A stretch of 64,000 nucleotides of DNA, taken from positions 32,001-96,000 of the forward strand of contig DAIDBH010000017.1 in assembly GCA_027310185.1 (NCBI GenBank), written 5' to 3'. Shown here piece after piece: positions 19,902-29,176 of the stretch (position 1 is its first letter; each line of letters begins with the position of its first letter). A model generated the notes under the pieces. That model had not been told where the DNA came from, searched no databases, and saw only the letters and a list, made by a program, of their open reading frames with translations. A program made the translations under genes and the position numbers. The DNA comes from Thermoplasmatales archaeon. Its GTDB lineage: Archaea; Thermoplasmatota; Thermoplasmata; Thermoplasmatales; Thermoplasmataceae.

Positions 19902-19924
19902 TGCCAGAAATTATTTATCTGGCA
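19902..19924 (-). terminator. Candidate stem-loop terminator after the solute-binding protein gene
   Basis: TGCCAGA-N9-TCTGGCA followed by T-rich tracts on the minus strand. Confidence 0.4.
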
Positions 19925-19939
19925 CAATAGTTTTAAAAA

Positions 19940-22900
19940 TTAGTTTTTAGGTATTTTCGGTTTTCTAATGAGGAAAACACCAGCTACAGCTACGATTGCT
20001 ATAACAGCAACCACAACACCAACCACGACGTAAAGATAGGTACTTGATGTTGGCTTAACAACCTTCTCATTTACAGTGTAATTGACATATGTATATGCTG
20101 GAAGTATAGAACTGCCTGATGTGCTTGCCATTGCAACAATGCTTTCGTTGACGTCCACATATGTGCCCTTGCCAGTTGTTGAATTCCCAACTTTGAATGA
20201 GAATACCGCCACACCTGCGCTATTTGTTGTCAAGTTTAACCCGCTACTACCTACCGTTATTCCCTTCAGATCATAGGATGTTATATTCACGAAAGCTCCT
20301 GAAACCGGAGTCCCGTTCTTAGTAACTGTGAAAGTTATTTCACCTTTCTGACCTGTAGTGTAATTAGTGCTTCCTATTGAATATGACATTACAAGTGATG
20401 GGTTCATGACGAAGACGTTGTTGTATGTATATCCCGCACCTGTTTGGTTCTGATTTCCTACAGATGCAACTGCAGTGATGTTTATCTGCTGGTAATATAG
20501 ATACATTGGATTTCCTGATGAACCAATTGTTGTCATTAGTTTGGAAAGTGCTCTGGGAATTGTGAATGTGAAGTTTGTACTGTTTCCTGTAGATGTGTTG
20601 AAAGTGAATGCGCTGCTACTTATGCTTCCCGGTATTCCAGTCATTACTACAGTTATATTTGCATCTGTTACATTTGCTCCCGTATTGTTTTGAACAGTAT
20701 ACATGATAGTACCACTATTGCCTGCATAGAGATGAGAGTTCCCTGAATATTTAGAAGTGACTGACAGACTATTTTTCTCGTTTGTATTCAAGAGTTCTAT
20801 ATTAAGGTAAGTTGATGTTGTAGTTGTGTGAATATCCTTTGCTGGTGGGTTGACTGTTGCAGAAATGTTAACCTCTTCGTTAGGTAAATTGATAATCTGA
20901 CCACTTGATGATGTTGTTTGTAGAAGCAGGTTGAGATTATTGAATACCTGATACTTCCAGATTGCCTGTCCAGCTGAATTTGTGATGAGCTGGTTTGAAG
21001 TTGTGTTAATCAGACCTCTAGCTATGGATGAGACAGATATACTTACAATTGCCCCCTGCACTGGCATTCCTGTGGTCTTGTTAATAACGGTATAGGTTAT
21101 GCTTCCAGAGTTCCCTTCCTTTTCAACTAGAGCACCACTTAATTTCTGCTGCACCTCAATGTTGTACTTGTAGCTTACAGATGATGTTATCTTTGCCTTG
21201 TATACTTCTGTCAGGGTAAAGTAAAGACTGAAAAGGCTGTTGGAGTTTTCTGTTGTAAAGTTTGAGAATTGGCCTGTCTGGAATGCTTCCATATTAGTGA
21301 AATATCCAAGGTTTATGAGAGTTGCTTCTTCATTGATTAATGTCTGAATTTCCTTTGATAAATGAACTGCCTGTTGTATGGTCTCAGCCTGCAGTAATTC
21401 ATTTGATAGATTTGTTAGAAGTGAAGTAACCTGCTGACCTGAAAGATGCTTTCCGTTAAAGTTCAAAGAGGTATATGGTCCGAGCGTGCAACCAACACTG
21501 AAATAGGCTGGAGCATCATTAATGAATAGTGCACAAAGGTCGGCTGGATCGCCAGATTCTGTCCCCTGTCCATATATTGCCATCTGGTAGAAGTTTCCCT
21601 TCCCAGTTACGGTTTGGTATATATTGTCAAACATGGTTGAATATGCCTCTTCCTTTATGATCGTCTTGATCCCAAGAGCTGCGAATGATGTTGACATCTC
21701 ATTAGCAATTTCAACTGCACAGGGAGTTTCACTTCCAGGTGCGATCTGGAGTTCTATGCTTACCTGCTTTCCATTGTAGGTCAATGTGCCTGATTGATTG
21801 CTCATTCCAGGAATACTCTTGATCATGGAACTTGCCTTTTGCATATTATAGGTATATTGAGGACTAGTTGAATTATACCAAAGTACATTACATGGTGGTA
21901 CAGTGTTCGACGAAGGTGTTAAAAGTCCGTCATAGACTGTACCATCAATGGTTTGATAGGGTGTTGCATAACTCAAAGCCTGCCTGAAAGTGGTGATATT
22001 CAATGGAGTTTCGTTCTCATTGATTCTCACAGCACAGAATACCTGAGATGGCTTTACGTAAATATATGCTCCCGGTGTTCCTTTAACCAGTGAAAGGAAA
22101 GACGGAGATACTGGAAGGAGATCTAGCTGTCCCTTTGTGAAAGCGGCAACCATTGAAGACTGCGAAGAATAGTATGGCTGATAGAACTCATATATTTTTG
22201 GAGAGTATTGTCTCAAGCCACTGCTTTTGTTTGCATATTGAGCGAAGAAGTAAGGATTGACATAGTATTTATTATATTGATTTGGCAAGATTCCTCCTTC
22301 CGGCATTCCGTATCCATTGTTTACCATGAAAGGCCCATCCCCTACCAATCCCGGAGCAGAACCTGTTGCAGTGTTCCAGCCAAGGTCCCATCCATAATAA
22401 CCATTTCCTGATGAAATGCCAGGAGTATAGTTGAAAAGTCCTTTTACACTTGTAAAGTCATGGTGAACCCATATGTGGTAAGGAAGTATGTAAGATTCAA
22501 GAGAACTTGAACGTATTAACAGTGTTGGCTTCGGTACGAATATCTTGACAGAAAGGTTTCCATTTGGAATTACATTGACTACTCCTGGCCACCCTCCCAG
22601 TGCAGACTCCATTCTCCAGCTAAGAACAACATCAGCAGACTGCAGATAATACTTTTTCATAACGGTTGGTGAATAGCTTGTATATGTGTGTGTGAAAGGT
22701 GCTCCTGTTGCATTGTTATAATCAACCTTGTTCGAGAAGGTGTATGTTTGTGAAGCATTTGCTTTTGACCAGTCCGTCCACTGGACATACGGTCTCAGAT
22801 TTACCGTGTATACATATGAGTAATTTACCATGCTACCTGTTTCAATGTCAAAGGTTTTATTGTTTGACGTGACGTGAGTTAATGTATAGTTTGTTGCCAG

Positions 22901-23254
22901 CCATGGTTCAATCTGTCCATTAGGCATTGTTTTGTATAAACTTCCATATATTAACTGATAGATAAACAAATCACCAAATGTTATACCTGTGAATGTATTC
23001 AAATCGCCTATAGTATAGTCTAAACCACAGGTGAACGTTCCATTGGTATAACCGGGCTCTTGCATGGTAGTTGTTGGCATTTGCCACGGAGTTGCTGATG
23101 AACTTTCAGGCTGCGCACCCAACTGACTAATCTGACTAATACCAGTATTTGCTGAGGATGTATTAATTGGTACTGATGCTCCAAATACAAAAAATGCGGA
23201 GCCTACCATTAACAATACCATAAATACTGATAAAACAATTTTCTTATTTATCAT
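19940..23254 (-). CDS. Large membrane-anchored ABC solute-binding protein, family 5 (Opp/Dpp-like), with C-terminal beta-rich extension
   Basis: N-terminal signal/TM, IEPWLA, LRP.VQWTD, ADVVLSW, VGDGPF, FRQALSYA; many NxS/T sequons; TNSAG repeats; C-terminal TM + basic tail. Confidence 0.85.
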   Translation of the reverse strand: MINKKIVLSVFMVLLMVGSAFFVFGASVPINTSSANTGISQISQLGAQPESSSATPWQMPTTTMQEPGYTNGTFTCGLDYTIGDLNTFTGITFGDLFIYQLIYGSLYKTMPNGQIEPWLATNYTLTHVTSNNKTFDIETGSMVNYSYVYTVNLRPYVQWTDWSKANASQTYTFSNKVDYNNATGAPFTHTYTSYSPTVMKKYYLQSADVVLSWRMESALGGWPGVVNVIPNGNLSVKIFVPKPTLLIRSSSLESYILPYHIWVHHDFTSVKGLFNYTPGISSGNGYYGWDLGWNTATGSAPGLVGDGPFMVNNGYGMPEGGILPNQYNKYYVNPYFFAQYANKSSGLRQYSPKIYEFYQPYYSSQSSMVAAFTKGQLDLLPVSPSFLSLVKGTPGAYIYVKPSQVFCAVRINENETPLNITTFRQALSYATPYQTIDGTVYDGLLTPSSNTVPPCNVLWYNSTSPQYTYNMQKASSMIKSIPGMSNQSGTLTYNGKQVSIELQIAPGSETPCAVEIANEMSTSFAALGIKTIIKEEAYSTMFDNIYQTVTGKGNFYQMAIYGQGTESGDPADLCALFINDAPAYFSVGCTLGPYTSLNFNGKHLSGQQVTSLLTNLSNELLQAETIQQAVHLSKEIQTLINEEATLINLGYFTNMEAFQTGQFSNFTTENSNSLFSLYFTLTEVYKAKITSSVSYKYNIEVQQKLSGALVEKEGNSGSITYTVINKTTGMPVQGAIVSISVSSIARGLINTTSNQLITNSAGQAIWKYQVFNNLNLLLQTTSSSGQIINLPNEEVNISATVNPPAKDIHTTTTSTYLNIELLNTNEKNSLSVTSKYSGNSHLYAGNSGTIMYTVQNNTGANVTDANITVVMTGIPGSISSSAFTFNTSTGNSTNFTFTIPRALSKLMTTIGSSGNPMYLYYQQINITAVASVGNQNQTGAGYTYNNVFVMNPSLVMSYSIGSTNYTTGQKGEITFTVTKNGTPVSGAFVNITSYDLKGITVGSSGLNLTTNSAGVAVFSFKVGNSTTGKGTYVDVNESIVAMASTSGSSILPAYTYVNYTVNEKVVKPTSSTYLYVVVGVVVAVIAIVAVAGVFLIRKPKIPKN

Positions 23255-23488
23255 TCGACTGGAATCTAATTACATATTAATAAACATTTTCATGAATTTT
23301 TTTACAACATAAAAATTTTAATAGGCGTAAGCAATTCGGTTTTTATCGTTAATTTATAAATTCTATGTGTTGATTGCCAGTTTCAAATTATTAAACTTTT
23401 TACAAAATAATAACTAATTATTTTATACATTCCATCGTATTCCTTATTCAATTTCAAAAATTTAATTATTTGATTCCCATTTCTTTTT

Positions 23489-24598
23489 ATGGAAATACAT
23501 AAAAATAATTTGATTTCTTACTGTTTTATGGATTCGGATGGTAATGAACTCCAGTCAATTAATGGAGACTTGCCACTGATACCTGCTTCAAATATGAAAT
23601 TGGTAACCTCCCTATGTGCACTGGAATTACTTGGACCTGATTATGTGTTTACCACAAAGTTTTATTCGGCGAAAAAAGATCTGCACATTTCTGGAGATCC
23701 GACTTTCTTTTTGAACAGAAGTGAATGCAAGAATATAATGAAGGAATTAGACACAAAAAATCCAGACCCTATTCATTTTGAAATGCCGAGAATTGACAGG
23801 GAGTTTTACAACAGTGACTGGGTTTATGGTGATTCAAAATATAGTTATCAACCAAGAATTTCAAATTTTTTCGTTGATGAGAATTGCGAGATTAAAAAGG
23901 ATTTCAAATTCGATGATGCTGATTTCAACTATATTCATCAGAATGAACATTTATTTCTGCCTGTTAAAAATCCTGATAGGAATTTAGTAGAGGCATTTTC
24001 AGGCCAGAAAGATGTGAAAATAATGAGGCCCAGTGCGTCTATAGGTAACAATTTTCAAAAAATAAGTGTTCATAAGGCAAATATAAGGGATGTTCTGAGA
24101 CATATTCTTTATGAAAGCTGTAATTTTTATGCTGAAGTCATATTCAAGTATCTTTCCAGTTCAGAGAAATCAAAGGGAACATGGAAAGACTCGTCTAGTC
24201 TGATTATGGATTATCTTTCTAAGATAAGAGGATCTGAAAATGTAAGAATTACAGATGGGTCTGGACTTAGCAGGGAGAATTATCTAACTACTGGATTTCT
24301 CTCTAACATGCTTCTGTATGCAAGGAGAAATTTTGGTAAAAGTTTTATAGAATTGATGCCGACCTCAGGATATGGAACACTCAGGAAACGTCTAGATTCG
24401 TTGAAGGATTTTGGGATTTATGCAAAAACCGGAACCCTATCCGGTGTTTCTGCTCTCAGTGGTTATATTAGTTCATTGGACGTTACATTCTCAATAATTA
24501 TCAATAACAGCCTAGATGATGGAGCAATTCGCCAGAAAGAAATAGATGGAATTTTATCAGAGTTTATCAATGGGTATAAGAAAAAACATTATTCCTGA
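23489..24598 (+). CDS. dacB: D-Ala-D-Ala carboxypeptidase/endopeptidase (S13, PBP4-like)
   Basis: PASNMK (SxxK), ESCN (SxN), DGSGLSR, AKTGTL (KTG), LSGY; no evident signal peptide. Confidence 0.9.
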   Translation: MEIHKNNLISYCFMDSDGNELQSINGDLPLIPASNMKLVTSLCALELLGPDYVFTTKFYSAKKDLHISGDPTFFLNRSECKNIMKELDTKNPDPIHFEMPRIDREFYNSDWVYGDSKYSYQPRISNFFVDENCEIKKDFKFDDADFNYIHQNEHLFLPVKNPDRNLVEAFSGQKDVKIMRPSASIGNNFQKISVHKANIRDVLRHILYESCNFYAEVIFKYLSSSEKSKGTWKDSSSLIMDYLSKIRGSENVRITDGSGLSRENYLTTGFLSNMLLYARRNFGKSFIELMPTSGYGTLRKRLDSLKDFGIYAKTGTLSGVSALSGYISSLDVTFSIIINNSLDDGAIRQKEIDGILSEFINGYKKKHYS

Positions 24599-24675
24599 AG
24601 ATGTAAATTTCTATTTTCCCTTTTTCATTTGAGCGGCAACTACTGGAAAAGAATTGTTGAAATAATTCATCTTTT

Positions 24676-25584
24676 CTATTTTTTATAATTGTCATGGTTC
24701 AAAAGTGATAATGACATTATCTGAAATTTTCTTGTGATCTTGAAACCGTATCTTGAATACAAATGGGAGGCCTTCTCTGATGTCCAGAGAAAATATGCAT
24801 GCCTGATCCCATTTGCTTTCATGTTGATCAGCGTGGTGGTTAATAACCTGCCCCCGATCCCCATGGATCGGTAAGCTTCCAGAACCTCGAAACAACCAAA
24901 TCTCTCGCCCGGAGAAAATTCAAATGGACCTTCTCCACTTGCGTACATGGAATAACCAACAATCCTATTATCCAGTTTTGCAATTGAGATTTGATCCAAG
25001 CTTCCATGTTTTATTACACCTTCAACTCTCAGATAGCAATCATAGGGAAAATTACTTCTTACCATTTTTAGAAGTTCTTCGGTTTCTTCAATTTTTAAGT
25101 TTCTGATCTCTGCTTCATTTTTTTCCTTTTGAGTATAGTGGATTTCTCCTATGTCTGCTTCCATAGCCAGGGCTTCTGAATCTAAACTGAAACCAAGTTC
25201 CGTGAGTAAGTCATAAAGCTCAGGATATTTCTCTTTATCGATGCCTGGAAAAAAATATCCAGGTGAAAAATTGGAATAATATATTCTTTCAATACCCATA
25301 TCCCTTGCATATTCTATTTGCTTCTTCAAAAGTTTAATAAATTCTATTCTATCGGTGAATCCAGCACAAATTACCCATGCTTCCTTCCCTGAATTTTCCT
25401 CTCTGGGCTCACCCCTTCTTTTACATAGAAGCGAGAAGGCACCTTCATTTACCTGCTCACCTATTGGAACCACATGTGGATTTTGAAAATATTTCCTTTC
25501 CAGCTGAAATAGGGATGTTGGATCAAATTTATAGAACTTATTCCAGATTTCCAGTATTCTTTCTCTTTCTATACCCTTAATCAT
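24676..25584 (-). CDS. Tandem GNAT N-acetyltransferase
   Basis: C-terminal FGCFEV...YRSMGIG motif A and LYSRYGF; N-terminal PGYFFPGID, LGF. Confidence 0.75.
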   Translation of the reverse strand: MIKGIERERILEIWNKFYKFDPTSLFQLERKYFQNPHVVPIGEQVNEGAFSLLCKRRGEPREENSGKEAWVICAGFTDRIEFIKLLKKQIEYARDMGIERIYYSNFSPGYFFPGIDKEKYPELYDLLTELGFSLDSEALAMEADIGEIHYTQKEKNEAEIRNLKIEETEELLKMVRSNFPYDCYLRVEGVIKHGSLDQISIAKLDNRIVGYSMYASGEGPFEFSPGERFGCFEVLEAYRSMGIGGRLLTTTLINMKANGIRHAYFLWTSEKASHLYSRYGFKITRKFQIMSLSLLNHDNYKK

Positions 25585-25842
25585 TATTTTTGGAATCCTT
25601 AAGGCCTTAACTACATTTTCTATAAGTTTACCATGTGAGTGAACCTATCAAACTCTCGATTGTATTTATTTGAATTGCTTAACTTAAGGGAACTGAATTA
25701 AGAAGATGAAATGCAATAAAGTGGGAACGATTTGAAGCCTGAATGGATAAGACATACTGGTTATGAGTTTAGTGTTTTTGTGATATAAAAACTTTAATAA
25801 TAGAGATTGAATATTTATAAAGCACATCGAGATGTGGTTCTA

Positions 25843-26577
25843 ATGTGCCGCATGTTTTCTTTGTCTGGCGATTTCTCTAATGAATACCGAAAAATAATGA
25901 CATCTTTTCTTGACGTCACCAGACACGATCCTCTTTCTACGAACAGCGATGGAAGTTTCACGTCTCACGATCATGGTTATGGCTATGTCCACTATGATAA
26001 TTCTTCTCTGGAGTTTTTCAGATCAAAAACCCCTGTTTTTGAATCACTTATTTCAGACTTCACGTCAGGACAGTTTATCATGCATGCGAGAAAAGCAGCC
26101 CCTGGAGAACCAATTGGGACACTGGAGAGTCATCCACATTATGAAGTTGATGAAGATTATGAGGTATTTCTCGCGCACAATGGGTGGTTTGATAAAAAGG
26201 CAATTGCCATGGAGCTTGGCATTAATAACTATGGAAGATACGTGGACAGCCAGCTATTTCTTAAGTATGTTATTTCATTCGATGGTGAATTCAGAAATCG
26301 TCTGGAAAGAGCCCTCTCCTTTGCTAAGGAGAAAGAATTGATAAAGTCAACTGCCAATCTGATGATTCTCTCAATAGATCGTAACACCCGGGAATCAAGG
26401 CTATATTACTATACTGATGTTAAGGAAGGTCGGGAATATGGCGATTATGTGAGACTATACCACGGGAAGACTGACCGCTGGAATGGAGTGTTTTCCTCAA
26501 GCATTATACAATCTGATTTCTTCCCGAAAAATGTATCTACGGAAGAAGTGAAGAGAGGTGTTGTAAATGAATTATAA
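25843..26577 (+). CDS. Class II glutamine amidotransferase-like Ntn hydrolase (YafJ/EgtC/Dug3 type)
   Basis: MCRM (Cys2 nucleophile), H.HGYG, HARKA, HP, AHNG, DS; start moved to ATG 25843. Confidence 0.82.
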   Translation: MCRMFSLSGDFSNEYRKIMTSFLDVTRHDPLSTNSDGSFTSHDHGYGYVHYDNSSLEFFRSKTPVFESLISDFTSGQFIMHARKAAPGEPIGTLESHPHYEVDEDYEVFLAHNGWFDKKAIAMELGINNYGRYVDSQLFLKYVISFDGEFRNRLERALSFAKEKELIKSTANLMILSIDRNTRESRLYYYTDVKEGREYGDYVRLYHGKTDRWNGVFSSSIIQSDFFPKNVSTEEVKRGVVNEL

Positions 26578-26814
26578 TTTTCTGTGAATTGAAAGAAAAC
26601 CTGTTTAACTAGAAGTGATGATATTTTAGCTGTTTTATTCCTTACTTCCTTAACAACGAGATTGACTAATAACGTTAGAAATTCATACTTTTTTAAAGAT
26701 TGGCCAAAAGAAAAATCATAAAACTTTGAACATGAAATTCATTTAAATAACATGAGGCTAAGACTAATATACAGTTTCCATTACTGTTAGGTATAATTAG
26801 GGTGGTGACAAGTT

Positions 26815-28107
26815 TTGGAAATTCCTTTGGAATTCAGATCATTGAATGAGATTGCAGGCCTGATAAAAAGTAAGGAAATTTCTCCGTGCTACATTTTGGA
26901 AAGACTCATTGAACGGATTGAAAAACTGGATACAAAAGTCCAAAGTTATGCAAGACTGAACTCAAACGCGCTGGAAGAATGCAGGAAGATAGTAAGGCTG
27001 TCAGAATATGTAATGCCAGTTTCAGTTAAAGATTTATTTGACACCAAGAACATTGAAACAAATTATGGTTCAATGATCTATAGAGGTAACATTCCCGGGA
27101 AAGATGCAACCGTGGTAAAAAATATCAGGAAAAAAGGTGGGATAATTATAGGCAAAACAGTAACCCATGAGTTTGCGCTTGGGATCACATCATCTCCTAC
27201 AAAGAACCCATGGGACCTTAGAAGAATTCCTGGAGGTTCAAGCGGGGGATCTGCTGCAGCTGTAGCAGCTGGAATGTCAGTGTTTGCTACTGGAACAGAT
27301 ACGGGTGGGTCCATAAGGATTCCAGCAGCAATGTGTGGTGTTACTGGCTTGAAACCAACTTATGAGTTAATATCGAGATCTGGGATTTTCCCTGAATCAT
27401 GGTCCCTTGATCACGCAGGTACCATAACGAGGTATGCAAGCGATCTGATTCTCGAACTGGAATTCATGACTGGAAAAATCTATTCCAGTAAAAGGGAGGG
27501 AACAGAAAACTTAAAAGTCGGAGTTGCCTGGGAATTGTTTGACTATTGTGAACCTGGGGTGCGGAAGGCTTCATTAGCTGCCCTTGAGAAAATTAGAGGT
27601 GAACTGAATATTGAATATACTGGTGTTAGAGAGGAGAACCTAAAATTTAAAGAAATGAAGAGACTTCATGAAATTATTGATACATGTGAAATAGCACTAA
27701 TTCACAGGGAGAACTATGCTAAATATCCAGACAGCTATTTGAAAAGTTCTATTGAGCAGATAGAAGAAGGTCTGTCCTTCAAAGCAGTGGAGTACATAAA
27801 TGCAAAAAGAAGCAGAAAAAAGTACAGGGAACTACTGGATGCAAAGTTTAGGAACCTGGATGTAATTTTAATCCCTACGCTGAAAGATGTGGCTCCAATC
27901 ATAGATAACAAAAAAAATACAAGTGAACATGATAATAATTCTGAAATAGATTTTCTTTCGCCATTGAATTATTCAGGAAACCCAGCAATATCTATTCCAG
28001 TTGGTTTTTCCAAGGAGCTCCCAGTTGGTATGCAGGTGATCGGCAGGAATAATTCGGACTTGAAATGCATTGAATTTGCTTCCCTTGTGCAGGACCGAAC
28101 AGATTGA
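26815..28107 (+). CDS. Amidase-signature family amidase
   Basis: VKDLF, GKT..HEFA, NPW, GGSSGGS, GTDTGGSIRIPA, GLKPT; C-terminus possibly clipped by a nonsense change. Confidence 0.88.
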   Translation: MEIPLEFRSLNEIAGLIKSKEISPCYILERLIERIEKLDTKVQSYARLNSNALEECRKIVRLSEYVMPVSVKDLFDTKNIETNYGSMIYRGNIPGKDATVVKNIRKKGGIIIGKTVTHEFALGITSSPTKNPWDLRRIPGGSSGGSAAAVAAGMSVFATGTDTGGSIRIPAAMCGVTGLKPTYELISRSGIFPESWSLDHAGTITRYASDLILELEFMTGKIYSSKREGTENLKVGVAWELFDYCEPGVRKASLAALEKIRGELNIEYTGVREENLKFKEMKRLHEIIDTCEIALIHRENYAKYPDSYLKSSIEQIEEGLSFKAVEYINAKRSRKKYRELLDAKFRNLDVILIPTLKDVAPIIDNKKNTSEHDNNSEIDFLSPLNYSGNPAISIPVGFSKELPVGMQVIGRNNSDLKCIEFASLVQDRTD

Positions 28108-28345
28108 CATAAAACGATTCCGCCTGGCTTTTCCTGAACAATGATCTCTTAGGCAGAGTATGACCAGATTTAGAAAATAATAAACACATATACCTCAAAA
28201 TTCCATTATATGACCAGAATCAAATACAGAAGGAGCACTTGCTTCTAATACACGACATGAAGATGCATCTGCCAGTTTATTGCCTATGAAAATTTTCATA
28301 TTTTTTTTAAATAAATTTATCGTTTCAAATAACATACTGGATTCA

Positions 28346-29131
28346 ATGGAAATTGAGACTGTAATTGATCCCGACAAAATGAAGAAAATGATCCCCATAA
28401 TAAAGTCGGCATGGGGGATGAACACCATGGATCAACTGGTGAAAGATATGATAGCTGCCATGAGATTCCACGGAGGATTGGCGCTTATAGCCATGGAAGA
28501 TGGCAATGCAATAGGAATGCATTTCAGCTTTACAGGAAGGAGAAATGGCAAGATATATCTATATTCCCATATGACTGGAGTTCTCAGTGATAAAAAGTAT
28601 TCAGGCGTAGGATTCAAATTGAAAATGAGGCAGAAGGAATGGGCTATGGAAAATGGATTTGATCTTATAGCATGGACATACGATCCATTAATGGGTTTGA
28701 ATGCAAATTTCAATATTCGTAAGATTGGCGCGATAGCCAGGACATATCTGAGAAATTTTTATGGAGATATGGAAGATTCCCTTAATTATGGGATTCCAAG
28801 TGACAGGTTTGTGGCTGAATGGCGGATCCTTGATGATAGGAAGGCACAGGGAAAGCCGATGCTTAATATCAATGCGTTGGAAGGAGATACGGAGTTAAAT
28901 GTAAAAGAACTGCCAGATGTGATATCGTTCAAAATTCCAGAAGATTTTCTATCAATGAAGAAGAATGATAAAGATGCCGCCTCTATGATAAGACTTTCCA
29001 CACGTACAATTTTGGAGAATTTATTTTCATCCGGATTCACAGTGACAGATTTTCATAGGGATTCCTCATCATATATCATGACAAGATGTGGTGAAGAAGA
29101 CCCCGATTTCCATGAAAATATTTTTAAATGA
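28346..29131 (+). CDS. GNAT acyltransferase, D-amino acid N-succinyltransferase type
   Basis: LYSHMTGV, GVGFKLK..QK, WTYDPL, NANFNI.KIGA, FYG.M.D.LN.G.PSDRF; next to M20 and NSAR genes. Confidence 0.78.
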   Translation: MEIETVIDPDKMKKMIPIIKSAWGMNTMDQLVKDMIAAMRFHGGLALIAMEDGNAIGMHFSFTGRRNGKIYLYSHMTGVLSDKKYSGVGFKLKMRQKEWAMENGFDLIAWTYDPLMGLNANFNIRKIGAIARTYLRNFYGDMEDSLNYGIPSDRFVAEWRILDDRKAQGKPMLNINALEGDTELNVKELPDVISFKIPEDFLSMKKNDKDAASMIRLSTRTILENLFSSGFTVTDFHRDSSSYIMTRCGEEDPDFHENIFK

Positions 29132-29176
29132 TCTTGGTACATTGATACTCAAATATTTCAAATCTTAATTTTGGTG

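Noticed and set aside
26815-28107. gatA (Glu-tRNA amidotransferase subunit)
   Set aside because: No gatB or gatC adjacent; a generic amidase is more likely.
28159-28218. 10-bp direct repeat TATGACCAGA, 50 nt apart
   Set aside because: Only two copies; not a CRISPR array and no element between them.
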